DNA of 64,000 bases from Eledone cirrhosa (taxonomy: Eukaryota): NCBI GenBank assembly GCA_964016885.1, contig OZ024745.1, forward strand, positions 73,160,001-73,224,000, in the 5' to 3' direction. Positions 51,169 to 64,000 of the stretch are shown here, one piece after another. Both the position numbers and the translations under genes were made by a program. Every line of letters begins with the position of its first letter. The stretch's first letter is position 1. The notes under the pieces were generated by a model. It was not told the DNA's origin. It did not search any database and saw only the letters and a list, made by a program, of their open reading frames with translations.

Positions 51169-51830
51169 AACAATTAAGTTAAAGTGTACATCTACATATG
51201 TATACGGAAGTATTAGTATGCATATAAATACACACATGTATACATATGTACATGTACTCAGCTTTTCACTAGACACTTTACAGTGAGTGTCAGCTAGTCT
51301 GTATGTAACCACACAGACGGACCGGGTTTTAGAGTCATACGGGTTTTCAAGGAAACACATTTCCTCTATTCTCTAGAGGGCCAGACAGGAATATTGGACT
51401 AGTTTCGATGTTATTACATCTCATCAACAATATTTACCCATCTTCCGGCTTCTCTGGAGAATTGTAAAAGCACATATCGTTATATGCTTTTTCTATGAAA
51501 ATTAGTAGTGGGTAGACTAATTTGCATAGAACGTGAGTCATTGTACGCACCGGTTCAGCGGAAACGATAAAAACAAATAACGAAACGAAATTAAATTTCG
51601 TTTCGCTTCTAACTCACTTTTGTATGACTGACGCTTAAACAATTAAGTTAAAGTGTACATCTACATATGTATACGGAAGTATTAGTATGCATATAAATAC
51701 ACACATGTATACATATGTACATGTACTCAGCTTTTCACTAGACACTTTACAGTGAGTGTCAGCTAGTCTGTATGTAACCACACAGACGGACCGGGTTTTA
51801 GAGTCATACGGGTTTTCAAGGAAACACATT
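51169..51830 (-). mobile_element. Element bounded by 193-bp direct repeats, containing a hammerhead (retrozyme/Penelope-like)
   Basis: 51169-51361 equals 51638-51830, with a hammerhead on minus between the copies. Confidence 0.65.
51384..51442 (-). ncRNA. Minimal type I hammerhead ribozyme motif
   Basis: Minus strand reads gatggg-ta-aatattg-UUGAUGA-gatgt(aata)acatc-GAAA-c(ta)g-UC-caatatt-cctgtc. Perfect 7-bp stem I, 5-bp stem II, palindromic CUAG stem III, GUC site. C3 is replaced by U. Confidence 0.75.
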
Positions 51831-52288
51831 ATATTATATTATGTTCTATTTTATATAATTTTAATTTTAATTTTATATTATTTTATCTCATTCCTTACCC
51901 TGTATCACTATTATCTGTATATTTTATATTTTATATGTAAGTTTGTTATGTATTTCTTTATATTTTCTTATATATATTATAAGTCTGTTTTTCACCTATT
52001 TTTTACCTACTCTTACCTAATCCTATCTATCTTATCTACTCTTGTCTGTTCTCTTATCCATGTGTATGCTTGTATGTAACTATATGTTGACAGCACCCCG
52101 CCCAACTGTGACTGATAGCACCCCTTATTTTTCATTGTTTATTTTATTATCTTATTTTTATTTTTATTTTTATTTTTATTCTTATCTTTATTTTTACTTT
52201 TACTTCCTTAATATCCTTTATCGTCTATTATTATTTTTCATTCTTCAATGTCTTGGATTTGTTATTGCTTGTATGGTATGTAATTAAC

Positions 52289-52346
52289 CTTTATGCTCTG
52301 ATGAGTCCCACTTATAGTGCGGATGAAACAATGTTAGCAAGTAAAG
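52289..52346 (+). ncRNA. Minimal type I hammerhead ribozyme motif
   Basis: ctttatgct-CUGAUGA-gtcccac(ttata)gtg-c-ggat-GAAA-c(aat)g-UU-agca-ag-taaag. All three stems pair; predicted cleavage after 52335. Confidence 0.75.
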
Positions 52347-52471
52347 ATATGCATATGCTATAGGCGTTCTTTGTTATTTATTATATCACGGCTCTGTCCT
52401 CAGACATTGAGCTAACCTTATACTGCCTGCTGGATAAGTGGAGTGTTATACACCCCTGATCCTCTCCCTAG

Positions 52472-54539
<2,068 letters not shown>

Positions 54540-54541
<2 letters not shown>

Positions 54542-56855
54542 AGAATCTTAATTATGTTAACTTTAAATCTAACCATCCTACCAATATCAAGAGTGCTATA
54601 GTTAATAATATTGGAAATAGAATATCTAACATATCTTCTAATAAAAACATCTTTGATGCTAACGCCAATTACTATAATAACGCACTTTCTAAAGCCGGCT
54701 ATCCAGATAAAATCAAATATAATAAAGAAACAAATTCTAGGAAAACTTACAGTAGAATAATTAATCTTGACCATTCCAATAATTTTAATAAAAGACCTAG
54801 ATACAAAAACATAATCTGGTATAATGCTCCTTTCTCCATCTCTATTAATAACAATATTCCTAAATTATTTTTTAGTGCCTTAAATAAATGCTTCCCTCCC
54901 TCATATCTATAGTAAAATATTTAACAAACACACCATCAAATTTTCGTATTCTACATCCTCCAATATTTCCAACATCATCTCTAAACACAACAACAAAATA
55001 TTAAATACTAAATCTCTTCCTTCCAATATTGAATTTCATAATAACAGTAATAGTACTCCCGACGTCATTGTAAACCCTAGGCTAACTTCTGTAAACCCAA
55101 ATACAACGTCAAACACAACTTCGCTAAATGTTCATAATCCAACTCTAAATCAAGAAACTATTATTCCTATCGCAAACAACTTCTCCAATCCAATTCCTTC
55201 TATAGATAACACTAGATCACTCATTAATAATCTCTCTAATTGCAACTGCCACATTAAAAATAAATGTCCTCTCAACAACCATTGCCTCGATAAAAACTTA
55301 ATTTATGAATGTAAAATTATAACTAGCACCAATTCCTTCACCTATTTTGGCTCCACTTCCACCTCTTTTAAAGCTCGTCTCTATAATCATCATTCATCTT
55401 TCAAATACAAACTTAAAAGAACTAACACTGCTCTCTCAGAACTCATATGGTCCTTAAAAGACAAAAACATTAAATATAACATCTTTTGGAAAAAGATTTC
55501 TTCTGCATCCTCATACTTGAAAAGCTCTCTATCTAAAATCTGTAATCTCTGCCTAAATGAAAAATTTACCATTATCTCTAACCTAGAATCTATAATAAAT
55601 AGACGCTCAGATTTGTTTTCTATCTGCCTGCATAAATTCCATAGAACTTTTCACAAAGTATACAGTTAATATTCAATTCTTTATCAATTTAGAATCTTTT
55701 CTCAAAGGCACATATACATACACCTCTTTAAAATATACCCATCTACCTTACTTTAAAGGGCATTATACACTCTATAATACTTGTTTACTCATTACCCTCA
55801 TTCTATCTTCTCGTAAAATAATATTTGTTTTTGACATTTTAATATTCATCCGCAATCATTATTATTTTTTCTCTCTATCATAAATCTTTTTAATCTCAAT
55901 TTCATCCTTCATTTATTATTATTTTTTTCTCCCCATCAACGAACTCATTATTAATACATATCAATTCAATATACAAACTTTAACTTCACATTATTTTTCT
56001 CAAATCCTTCTACACTTCTCAAATCCTTCTACCTTAACAATTTTTCTCTTCGCTAATTTTGAAATTGCCACAATACATACATTTCTTCTTTTGACGTTAG
56101 AATATTCACCCACAATTATTATTTTTTTCTCTCTATCTTCATACATAATTTCCCTTCGTTAATTTTCAAATTCCTTTAATTTATACATTATCTTCCAACG
56201 GTTCCCAACCTCTCTATATTAAAACAATATATCTTTTTCTCAGTTATAAAAACTATCTCTTTCTCTCTATCACCCATCTCTCCCTCTCCACCTTCACTCT
56301 CATCTCCTCCCCCCTTTTTTTTTCATCCTTTCCACCCCACCCTCCCTAAATAAAATATTTTTTCCTCGCACATATCCTCCCTTCGTTAATTTTCAAAATT
56401 TTTAATTTATACAGTATCTTCCAACGGTTTTCAACCCCTCTATGTAAAAAATATATCTCCTCTCAGTTATAAAAACTATCTCTTTCTCTCTATCACCCAT
56501 CTCTCCCTCTCATCTCCTTCCCTTTTCATCCTTCTCCCCCCCCCCTCTCTAAATAAAATATTTTTCCCAATATCACACATCAATCTAAAACCACTTTTCA
56601 TATGTTGATTTAAAACTGCACTATCAACAAGTGTTTTTTTAGCCTTCATATCATGTTCTCCTGTTTTATCTGATGAAAACACAAATATTATTGCTTGATG
56701 ATGTTTGTTTTTGAAATGCGCATAATAAAATATATGGAACTCCTTTAACCATCTTTTGATCTTATATTATGCATACTCCAGTCCCACAAACTGTAGAGTG
56801 CTTCTTATCCGATATCTGCATTGCTTTATTGTACTACAATAAAACTCACCTCCTA
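54540..56855 (+). mobile_element. 5'-truncated Penelope-like element (RT thumb/linker + GIY-YIG endonuclease + 3' region with hammerhead)
   Basis: YVNFKSNHP...RISNISS...ALSKAGY...IIWYNAPFS, a frameshift near 54910, then CNC..KNKCPLNNHC..KNLIYEC...TYFGSTSTSFKARLYNH...CNLCLNEK...C.H, stop at 55667-55669. ~227-bp tandem duplication in the 3' UTR; (TA)n on both sides. Confidence 0.88.
56655..56740 (+). ncRNA. Type I hammerhead ribozyme in the Penelope-like 3' end
   Basis: tgttttat-CUGAUGA(56670-56676), long stem II caaatattatt(gctt)gatgatgtttg, GAAA(56713-56716)-t(gcgc)a-UA-ataaaata. Palindromic UGCGCA stem III; AUA site, cleavage after 56724. Confidence 0.8.
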
Positions 56856-57645
56856 CATATATGTATATATATGTATATATATATATACATATATATATAT
56901 GTGTATATATATGTATATATATATATACATATATATATGTGTATATATATGTATATATATATATACATATATATATGTGTATATATATGTATATATATAT
57001 ATTTGTATATATATATGTATATATATGTATATATATATGTATATATATGTATATATATATGTATATATATGTATATATATATGTATATATATGTATATAT
57101 ATATGTATATATATATATGTATATATATATATGTATATATATATATGTATATATATATATATGTATATGTATATATATATGTGAATATGTATATATATAT
57201 GTGTATGTATATATATATGTGTATATATATATATATGTGTATATATATATATATGTGTATATATATATATATGTGTATATATATGTGTATATGTATATAT
57301 ATATGTGTATATGTGTATATATATGTGTATATATATATATGTGTGTATATGTATATATATATGTGTATATGTATATATATATGTGTATATATATATATAT
57401 GTGTATATATATATATATGTGTATATATATATATATGTGTATATGTATATATATATATGTGTATATGTATATATATATATGTGTATATGTATATATATAT
57501 ATGTGTATATGTATATATATATGTGTATATGTATATATATATGTGTATATGTATATATGTATATGTATATATATATGTGTATATGTATATATATATGTGT
57601 ATATGTATATATATATGTGTATATGTATATATATATGTGTATATG

Positions 57646-57687
<42 letters not shown>

Positions 57688-57717
57688 AATATATATATGT
57701 ATATATATATGTGTATA
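56856..57717. repeat. (TA)n/(TG) mixed microsatellite
   Basis: Seen directly. Confidence 0.97.
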
Positions 57718-58080
57718 TCATAATCTATAAAGCTCAGTGTATGGACATGCTCCTTTGTTACAGAAATCTACGATATAGAATTTCTTCAATTGAAATTTAC
57801 AATTCAGTATTCGAAATAGCTTCGATTGCGTCTTGGCACATATAATTTTTTCAATTTCACTCACAATTACGCAAAAAATAGATAAAACTCAATATTTTAC
57901 GATTTTTCTCTCACATTTAAACTGCTAAACTCTTTCCATTACCATTCAAAATCTATACAAATTCATACTTTCTGCTACTTTCTCTTTCCAAGCTTGATGG
58001 TGATACTCTCCGTTTTACTCTCTCCTATCATCTGCCCCCCTCTATCTACAACCCACACATTTTGCTACTTTCTCTTTTAT

Positions 58081-58395
58081 ACTTCAAACTTACTGATTTA
58101 TTTCCAAACGCATACAAACGCACACTCACTTCAAATGATAAAAAAACATTTAAAGCAATTAAACAACGTGCGTGATTTATAACCACACTAACTTTTAGTT
58201 GCTTCAAACTTAATGATTTATTTACAAACACATACAAACACACACTCACATAAAATTGATAAAAAAAATTTAAAGCAATTAAACAACGTGCGGGATTTAT
58301 AACCACAAATACACGACTATTCATTAACTTATTTTCTTACACTCACTTCAAATGATAAAAAAAAAATTTAAAGCAATTAAACAACTTGTGTGATT
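58081..58395. repeat. ~121-bp tandem repeat, about 2.5 copies
   Basis: cttcaaactta...tttaaagcaattaaacaacgtgcg at ~58082 and ~58202, partial at ~58340. Confidence 0.8.
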
Positions 58396-58724
58396 GCCGA
58401 AGAGAGAGAGAAGAGAGGGAGAGAGAGAGAGAACGTTTATTATTACATAAAGTACCAGTAATGTACTGGGTAATTGCTGGCCTTGTGCCAAAAAAGTAGA
58501 AACAATTATTACATTTCATACGAAACGACAATTATTCAAAACAAACAGATACATTTATTCAACAACAAGCGATAAATCTTTTTAAAACCTCAACGAATGT
58601 GGATTCTTACAGACTTTGAGTCGATTCGGTTTGAAATTGTGCAAATGTATAAAATTGGAACATGTGCACACACACACAACAACAACAACAACAATCTGCC
58701 TTTTATAGATAATGATAAACAATA

Positions 58725-59183
58725 ATATCCTCTATGAGGTCACTAAACCTGCTAGAAACAGCAGCTAACTCTCCCCCATATCACACCACTTTCTACTGTC
58801 TTAAATTTAGAAAGCACATATCCTCTGAGGTTACTAAACCTGCTAGAAACAGCAGCTAACTCTCCCCCATATCACACCCCTCCCTACTGTCTTAAATTTA
58901 GAAAACATATCTTCTATGAGGTCACTAAACCTGCTAGAAACAGCAGCTAACTCTCCCCCATATCACACCACTCCCTACTGTCTTAAATTTAGAAAACATA
59001 TCTTCTATGAGGTCACTAAACCTGCTAGAAACAGCAGCTAACTCTCCTCCATATCACACCACTCCCTACTGTCTTAAATTTAGAAAACACATATCCTCTA
59101 TGAGGTCACTAAACCTGCTAGAAACAACAGCTAACTCTCCCTCATATCATAACCCTCCCTACTGTCTTAAATTTAGAAAACAC
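58725..59183. repeat. ~91-bp minisatellite, 5 copies
   Basis: atatcctctatgaggtcactaaacctgctagaaacagcagctaactctcc...ctactgtcttaaatttagaaaac starts at about 58725, 58818, 58907, 58998 and 59091. Confidence 0.92.
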
Positions 59184-59496
59184 ACAGACAACCATGCAGA
59201 ACAACTCCATCGCAGCTCTGTTGTTCGGCTGGTATCGTCTACGCGCGTGTTGCGCAAGTACTGTGAAACAATAAATTTCAACACTTTTTTGCACAGAGAT
59301 AATATCCATAGGCGAAACTACAAGTGTCACTGCTGGCGCAGCTTCTGCTTCCAGGTCTGCAATTCATTCACCCAGTGCCTGGCAGACAAAAAAGTGCTGC
59401 CATAAAATGGGTGGTGCAACCTAGCTTTGGTAACTTAATGACCCCGAGCAATGCCGCGCTTTAATACTAGTATATATATATATATATGTATATAAA

Positions 59497-59563
<67 letters not shown>

Positions 59564-59625
59564 ATATATATATATGTATATATAAATGTGTATATATATA
59601 TATATGTATATATATATGTGTATAT

Positions 59626-62065
59626 CATCATCATCATCACCGTTTTACGTCCGTTCTTCCACGCTAGCATGGGTTAGACGGGTTGTCCTGTTGTGGGCAG
59701 TGTCTGGTCGGCTGACCATGCCTTGCTCATACAGGAACTGATCTGGCTTGATTTCTGCAGCTGGATGCCCTTCCTAACACCAACCTCATTTACAGTGAGT
59801 GCTGGGTGCTTTTTCGTGGCGCCTACACGTCCACTTTACAGTGTGGGCTGGGTGCTTTTTTGCCGTGGCACCTCCACGACCACCTTGCGGTGGGTGGGTG
59901 GGGGGGGGGGGCATATTGTTTATATGCTTCAGCATGTACCCATGGGAGGTCGGGTACCCTGTATTACTGCGTGACGCCAGAAGTCACGGTCGTGTGTCAT
60001 TGACTTTGAGAGGTGTAGTTGGGTAAGGTCGGCTTTTATCACCTCATCCCAAGTCATCTTGGGTCTCCCCACTCCGCGGTTTCCATCAACTTCTAGTGCT
60101 CTGCACCTTTTTATGCAGCTGTCATCCTTCATACGCATCACATGTCCATACCAGCGTAACCGCCTCTCCTGCACGCAGCATTTGATTCCTCTTATGCTCA
60201 GTCTCTCTCTCAATTCCTTTATGCTTTGTCGTTCACGTATATTACTGTTACACATCCATCGGAGCATGCAGGCTTCGTTTCTCTCTAATCTACGTAAGTC
60301 TTCCACCTTCAGCGCCCAGGTCTCACTACCATGCAACATCGCTGTTCGGATACACGCATCATACAGTCTGCCTTTCATTCTGAGGGAGAAGCCTTTTGCA
60401 GCTAGCAGTGGTAGTAGTTCCCTAAACTTCTTCCATCCCGTTCTTACCCTAGTTATTGTACTTTCTGAGCACCCACCTCCGTTGCTAATTCGGTCACCTA
60501 GGTAGCAGAAGCTGTCTACTGTTTCTACAGGGCCCTCCCAGAGATTGGTGGTACTTGTTTCCTGTGGCTGTTTGCTTGCTGTTTCAGCACAGCTGCTGCA
60601 TGTGAATCCTACATTCTTAATTAAGCTTCCTGAGATCCCGCTACATCTCTTGTGTACCCATTGTTTGCATTTGGGGCAGAGAATGGAGTTCCTACCTACA
60701 CCTTTCCTACATACTGAGCAAGGCCATTTCCCTGAGGGGATCTGGGTTCTGTTTTCTCGTCTACTTATAAGGACCTTAGTCTTTGTCATGTTGACTTTGA
60801 GGCCCTTTCTCTCTAGTCCCTGCTTCCAGGTTTGGAATTTATTCTCTAGTTCTACCATAGATTCAGCTATGAGTGCGAGGTCATCAGCATACAGGAGTTC
60901 CCATGGGCATCCGGTCTTAAACTCCTCCGTTATTGCCTGCAGGACTATGATGAACAGGAGAGGGCTAAGAACAGAGCCCTGGTGGACCCCAACCTGTACG
61001 CTAAATTCCTCGCTATACTCATTGCCAATCCTAACTTTGCTGACTGCTCCCCTATACATGGCTTGTACCGCTTTCACAAGCCATTCATCTACTCCTAGTT
61101 TTCTAAGAGCCCACCAGATTACTGCACGTGGAACTCTGTCAAAGGCTTTCTCAAGGTCGACAAATGCCAAGTAGAGTGGCTTACTTTTAGCTAGGTACTT
61201 TTCCTGTAATTGCCTCACAAGGAAGAGGGCATCAGTGGTGCCTTTCCCTGGTACAAACCCAAATTGCATCTCGTCTATATTCACCCGGTCCCTAATCAGC
61301 TGTGCTATAACTCTTTCTGTTACTTTCATGACCTGGTCCATCAACTTTATACCTCTATAGTTTCCTCTATCTAGTGTATTGCCTTTACCTTTGTAGCAGT
61401 TGACAATGATGCTACTGCACCAATCTTTTGGTATGGCCCCCTCTAGTATTACCTGGTTAACGATACGTGTGGTTATAGTGTCACCTACAGACCCAGATGC
61501 CTTCAGCATCTCGGCAGCTATACCCGATGGACCGATTGCCTTCCCTATCTTCATATCTCTGATTGCCTTACTTACTACGCTGCCGCTGACTTGTACTGCT
61601 GGTCCCTCTATAGGGTCTACGTGGGGTAGGGTCTCTTCTTCCCATGCATTCTCCTCATTTAGTAATCTATCATAATGACTCTTCCATGCGTCTTTCTTCT
61701 CAGCACTTGTGAGGGCAAGCTCACCTTTATCATTCCGGATACACTTCTCTCCAATGACATCACAACTATCTCTGACACACTGCCTCGCAATCTTGAATAC
61801 CTCCTGTTTCTGGTCCTCACGTTGTAAAACATGCTTGAATTTTCTATCCTCTGCTTCCCTCCTAGCTAAGTATACTTGTCGCCTAGCTTCCCTCTTGGTC
61901 TCTATGTAATGTACCCTGCTCCCCCCGTTCTTCCATTCTTTCCATGCCTGTCTCTTGGCCTTGACTGCTTCATCTACCTTATTGTTCCACCACCAAGTCA
62001 CTCTCCTCCTGCTTGAGGTCTTACTCCAGCCACAAACCTCATCCGTCGCCTCTAGTAAGTTATTT
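59626..62065 (-). mobile_element. RTE family B copy 3, 5'-truncated; open 690-aa RT frame
   Basis: ORF 59929-62001 is nearly identical to 46274-48346; (TA)n on both sides. Confidence 0.95.
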
Positions 62066-62089
62066 ATTATATATATAAAAGTTATTTAT

Positions 62090-62120
<31 letters not shown>

Positions 62121-62146
62121 GTGTGTGTATATATATATATATATAT

Positions 62147-62737
62147 CATCATCATCATCACCGTTTTACGTCCGTTCTTCCACGCTAGTATGGGTTAGAC
62201 GGGTTGTCCTGTTGTGGGCAGTATCTGGTCGGCTGACCATGCCTTGCTCATACAGGAACTGATCTGGCTTGATTTCTACAGCTGGATGCCCTTCCTAACA
62301 CGAACCTCATTTACAGTGAGTGCTGGGTACTTTTTCGTGGCGCCTACACGTCCACTTTACAGTGTGGGCTGGGTGCTTTTTTGCCGTGGGACCTCCACGA
62401 CCACCTTGCGGTGGGGGGTGTGGGGGCATATTGTCTATATGCTTCAGCTTGTACCCATGGGAGGTCGGGTACTCTGTATTACTGCGTGACGCCAGAAGTC
62501 ACGGTCGTGTGTCATTGTCTTTGAGTGGTGTAATTGAGGAAGGTCGGCTTTTATCACCTCATCCCAGGTCATCTTGGGTCTCCACACTCCGCGGTTTCCA
62601 TCAACTTCTAGTGCTCTGCACCTTTTTATGCAGCTGTCATCCTTCATACGCATCACATGTCCATACCAGCGCAACCGCCTCTCCTGCACACAGCATTTGA
62701 TTCCTCTTATGATCAGTCTCTCTCTCAATTCATTTAT
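62147..62737 (-). mobile_element. RTE family B copy 4, short 3' fragment
   Basis: 3' UTR plus C-terminal ORF 62444-62728; (TA)n on both sides. Confidence 0.93.
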
Positions 62738-63317
62738 ATGTGTATATATATATGTGTATATATATATATATGTGTATATATATATGTATGTATATATATA
62801 TGTATATGTATATATATATGTATATGTATATGTATATATATATGTATATATATATGTATATATATATGTATATATATATGTATATATATATGTATATATA
62901 TATGTATATATATATGTATATATATATGTATATATATATGTGTATATATATATGTATATATATATGTATATATATATGTATATATATATGTATATATATA
63001 TGTATATATATATGTATATATATATGTATATATATGTGTATATATATATGTGTGTATATATATTTGTGTATATATATGTGTGTATATATATGTGTGTATA
63101 TATATGTGTGTATATATATGTGTGTATATATATGTGTATATATATATGTGTATATATATATGTGTATATATATATGTGTATATATATGTGTATATATATG
63201 TGTATATATATATGTGTATATATATATGTGTATATATATATGTGTATATATATATGTGTATATATATATGTGTATATATATATGTGTATATATATATGTA
63301 TATATATATGTGTATAT
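62738..63317. repeat. (TA)n/(TATG)n microsatellite
   Basis: Seen directly. Confidence 0.97.
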
Positions 63318-64000
63318 CATCATCATCACCGTTTTACGTCCGTTCTTCCACGCTAGCATGGGTTAGACGGGTTGTCCTGTTGTGGGCAGTGTCTGGTCGG
63401 CTGACCATGCCTTGCTCATACAGGAACTGATCTGGCTTGATTTCTACAGCTGGATGCCCTTCCTAACACCAACCTCATTTACAGTGAGTGCTGGGTGCTT
63501 TTTCGTGGCGCCTACACGTCCACTTTACAGTGTGGGCTGGGTGCTTTTTTGCCGTGGCACCTCCACGACCACCTTGCGGTGGGGGGGGGGGGGGCATATT
63601 GTTTATATGCTTCAGCATGTACCCATGGGAGGTCGGGTACCCTGTATTACTGCGTGACGCCAGAAGTCACGGTCGTGTGTCATTGACTTTGAGAGGTGTA
63701 GTTGGGTAAGGTCGGCTTTTATCACCTCATCCCAAGTCATCTTGGATCTCCCCACTCCGCGGTTTCCATCAACTTCTAGTGCTCTGCACCTTTTTATGCA
63801 GCTGTCATCCTTCATACGCATCACATGTCCATACCAGCGTAACCGCCTCTCCTGCACGCAGCATTTGATTCCTCTTATGCTCAGTCTCTCTCTCAATTCA
63901 TTTATGCTTTGTCGTTCACGTATATTACTGTTACACATCCATCGGAGCATGCAGGCTTCGTTTCTCTCTAATCTACGTAAGTCTTCCACCTTCAGCGCCC
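63318..64000 (-). mobile_element. RTE family B copy 5 (continues past the window)
   Basis: (ATG)n tail abutting (TA)n, 3' UTR and C-terminal ORF 63612-63989. Confidence 0.93.

Larger units (their letters stand above)
57718..59470 (+). mobile_element. Possible non-autonomous Helitron-like element containing minisatellites
   Basis: Starts A|TC (tcataatctataaa) and ends with GC-rich ccgagcaatgccgcg then CTAG|T (59467-59471). Contains ~121-bp and ~91-bp tandem repeats. Confidence 0.45.

Noticed and set aside
58725-59183. 91-bp repeats as a CRISPR-like array
   Set aside because: Whole units are repeated with no unique spacers, there are no cas genes, and the context is eukaryotic.

Overview
AT-rich animal genomic DNA, probably a cephalopod (Octopus-like). 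The taxon is inferred from the SINE/RTE content and the very large (TA)n/(TATG)n microsatellites. The window lies inside one + strand host gene encoding a fibronectin type III (FN3)-only, N-glycosylation-rich ectodomain, resembling an R3-type receptor tyrosine phosphatase. I traced 14 frame-compatible GT-AG exons between 15418 and 40970. Nine of them are 267-nt phase 1-1 FN3 exons in a recently amplified 1133-bp exon+intron tandem array, and the recurrent differences between units switch N-glycosylation sequons on and off. The rest is intronic or flanking transposon sequence: two young RTE-clade LINE families whose RT carries an in-frame C4HC3 (PHD-like) finger (one family sits repeatedly in TA microsatellites and has a near-intact copy), older RTE/CR1/L2/Gypsy debris, tRNA-derived SINEs, and Penelope-like (GIY-YIG) remnants. 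At least five type I hammerhead ribozyme motifs can be folded by eye in the Penelope-like or retrozyme-like pieces; two have the compensatory U3:A8 core. There are no prokaryotic features. The long Y/I/M/C 'ORFs' are microsatellite artefacts.
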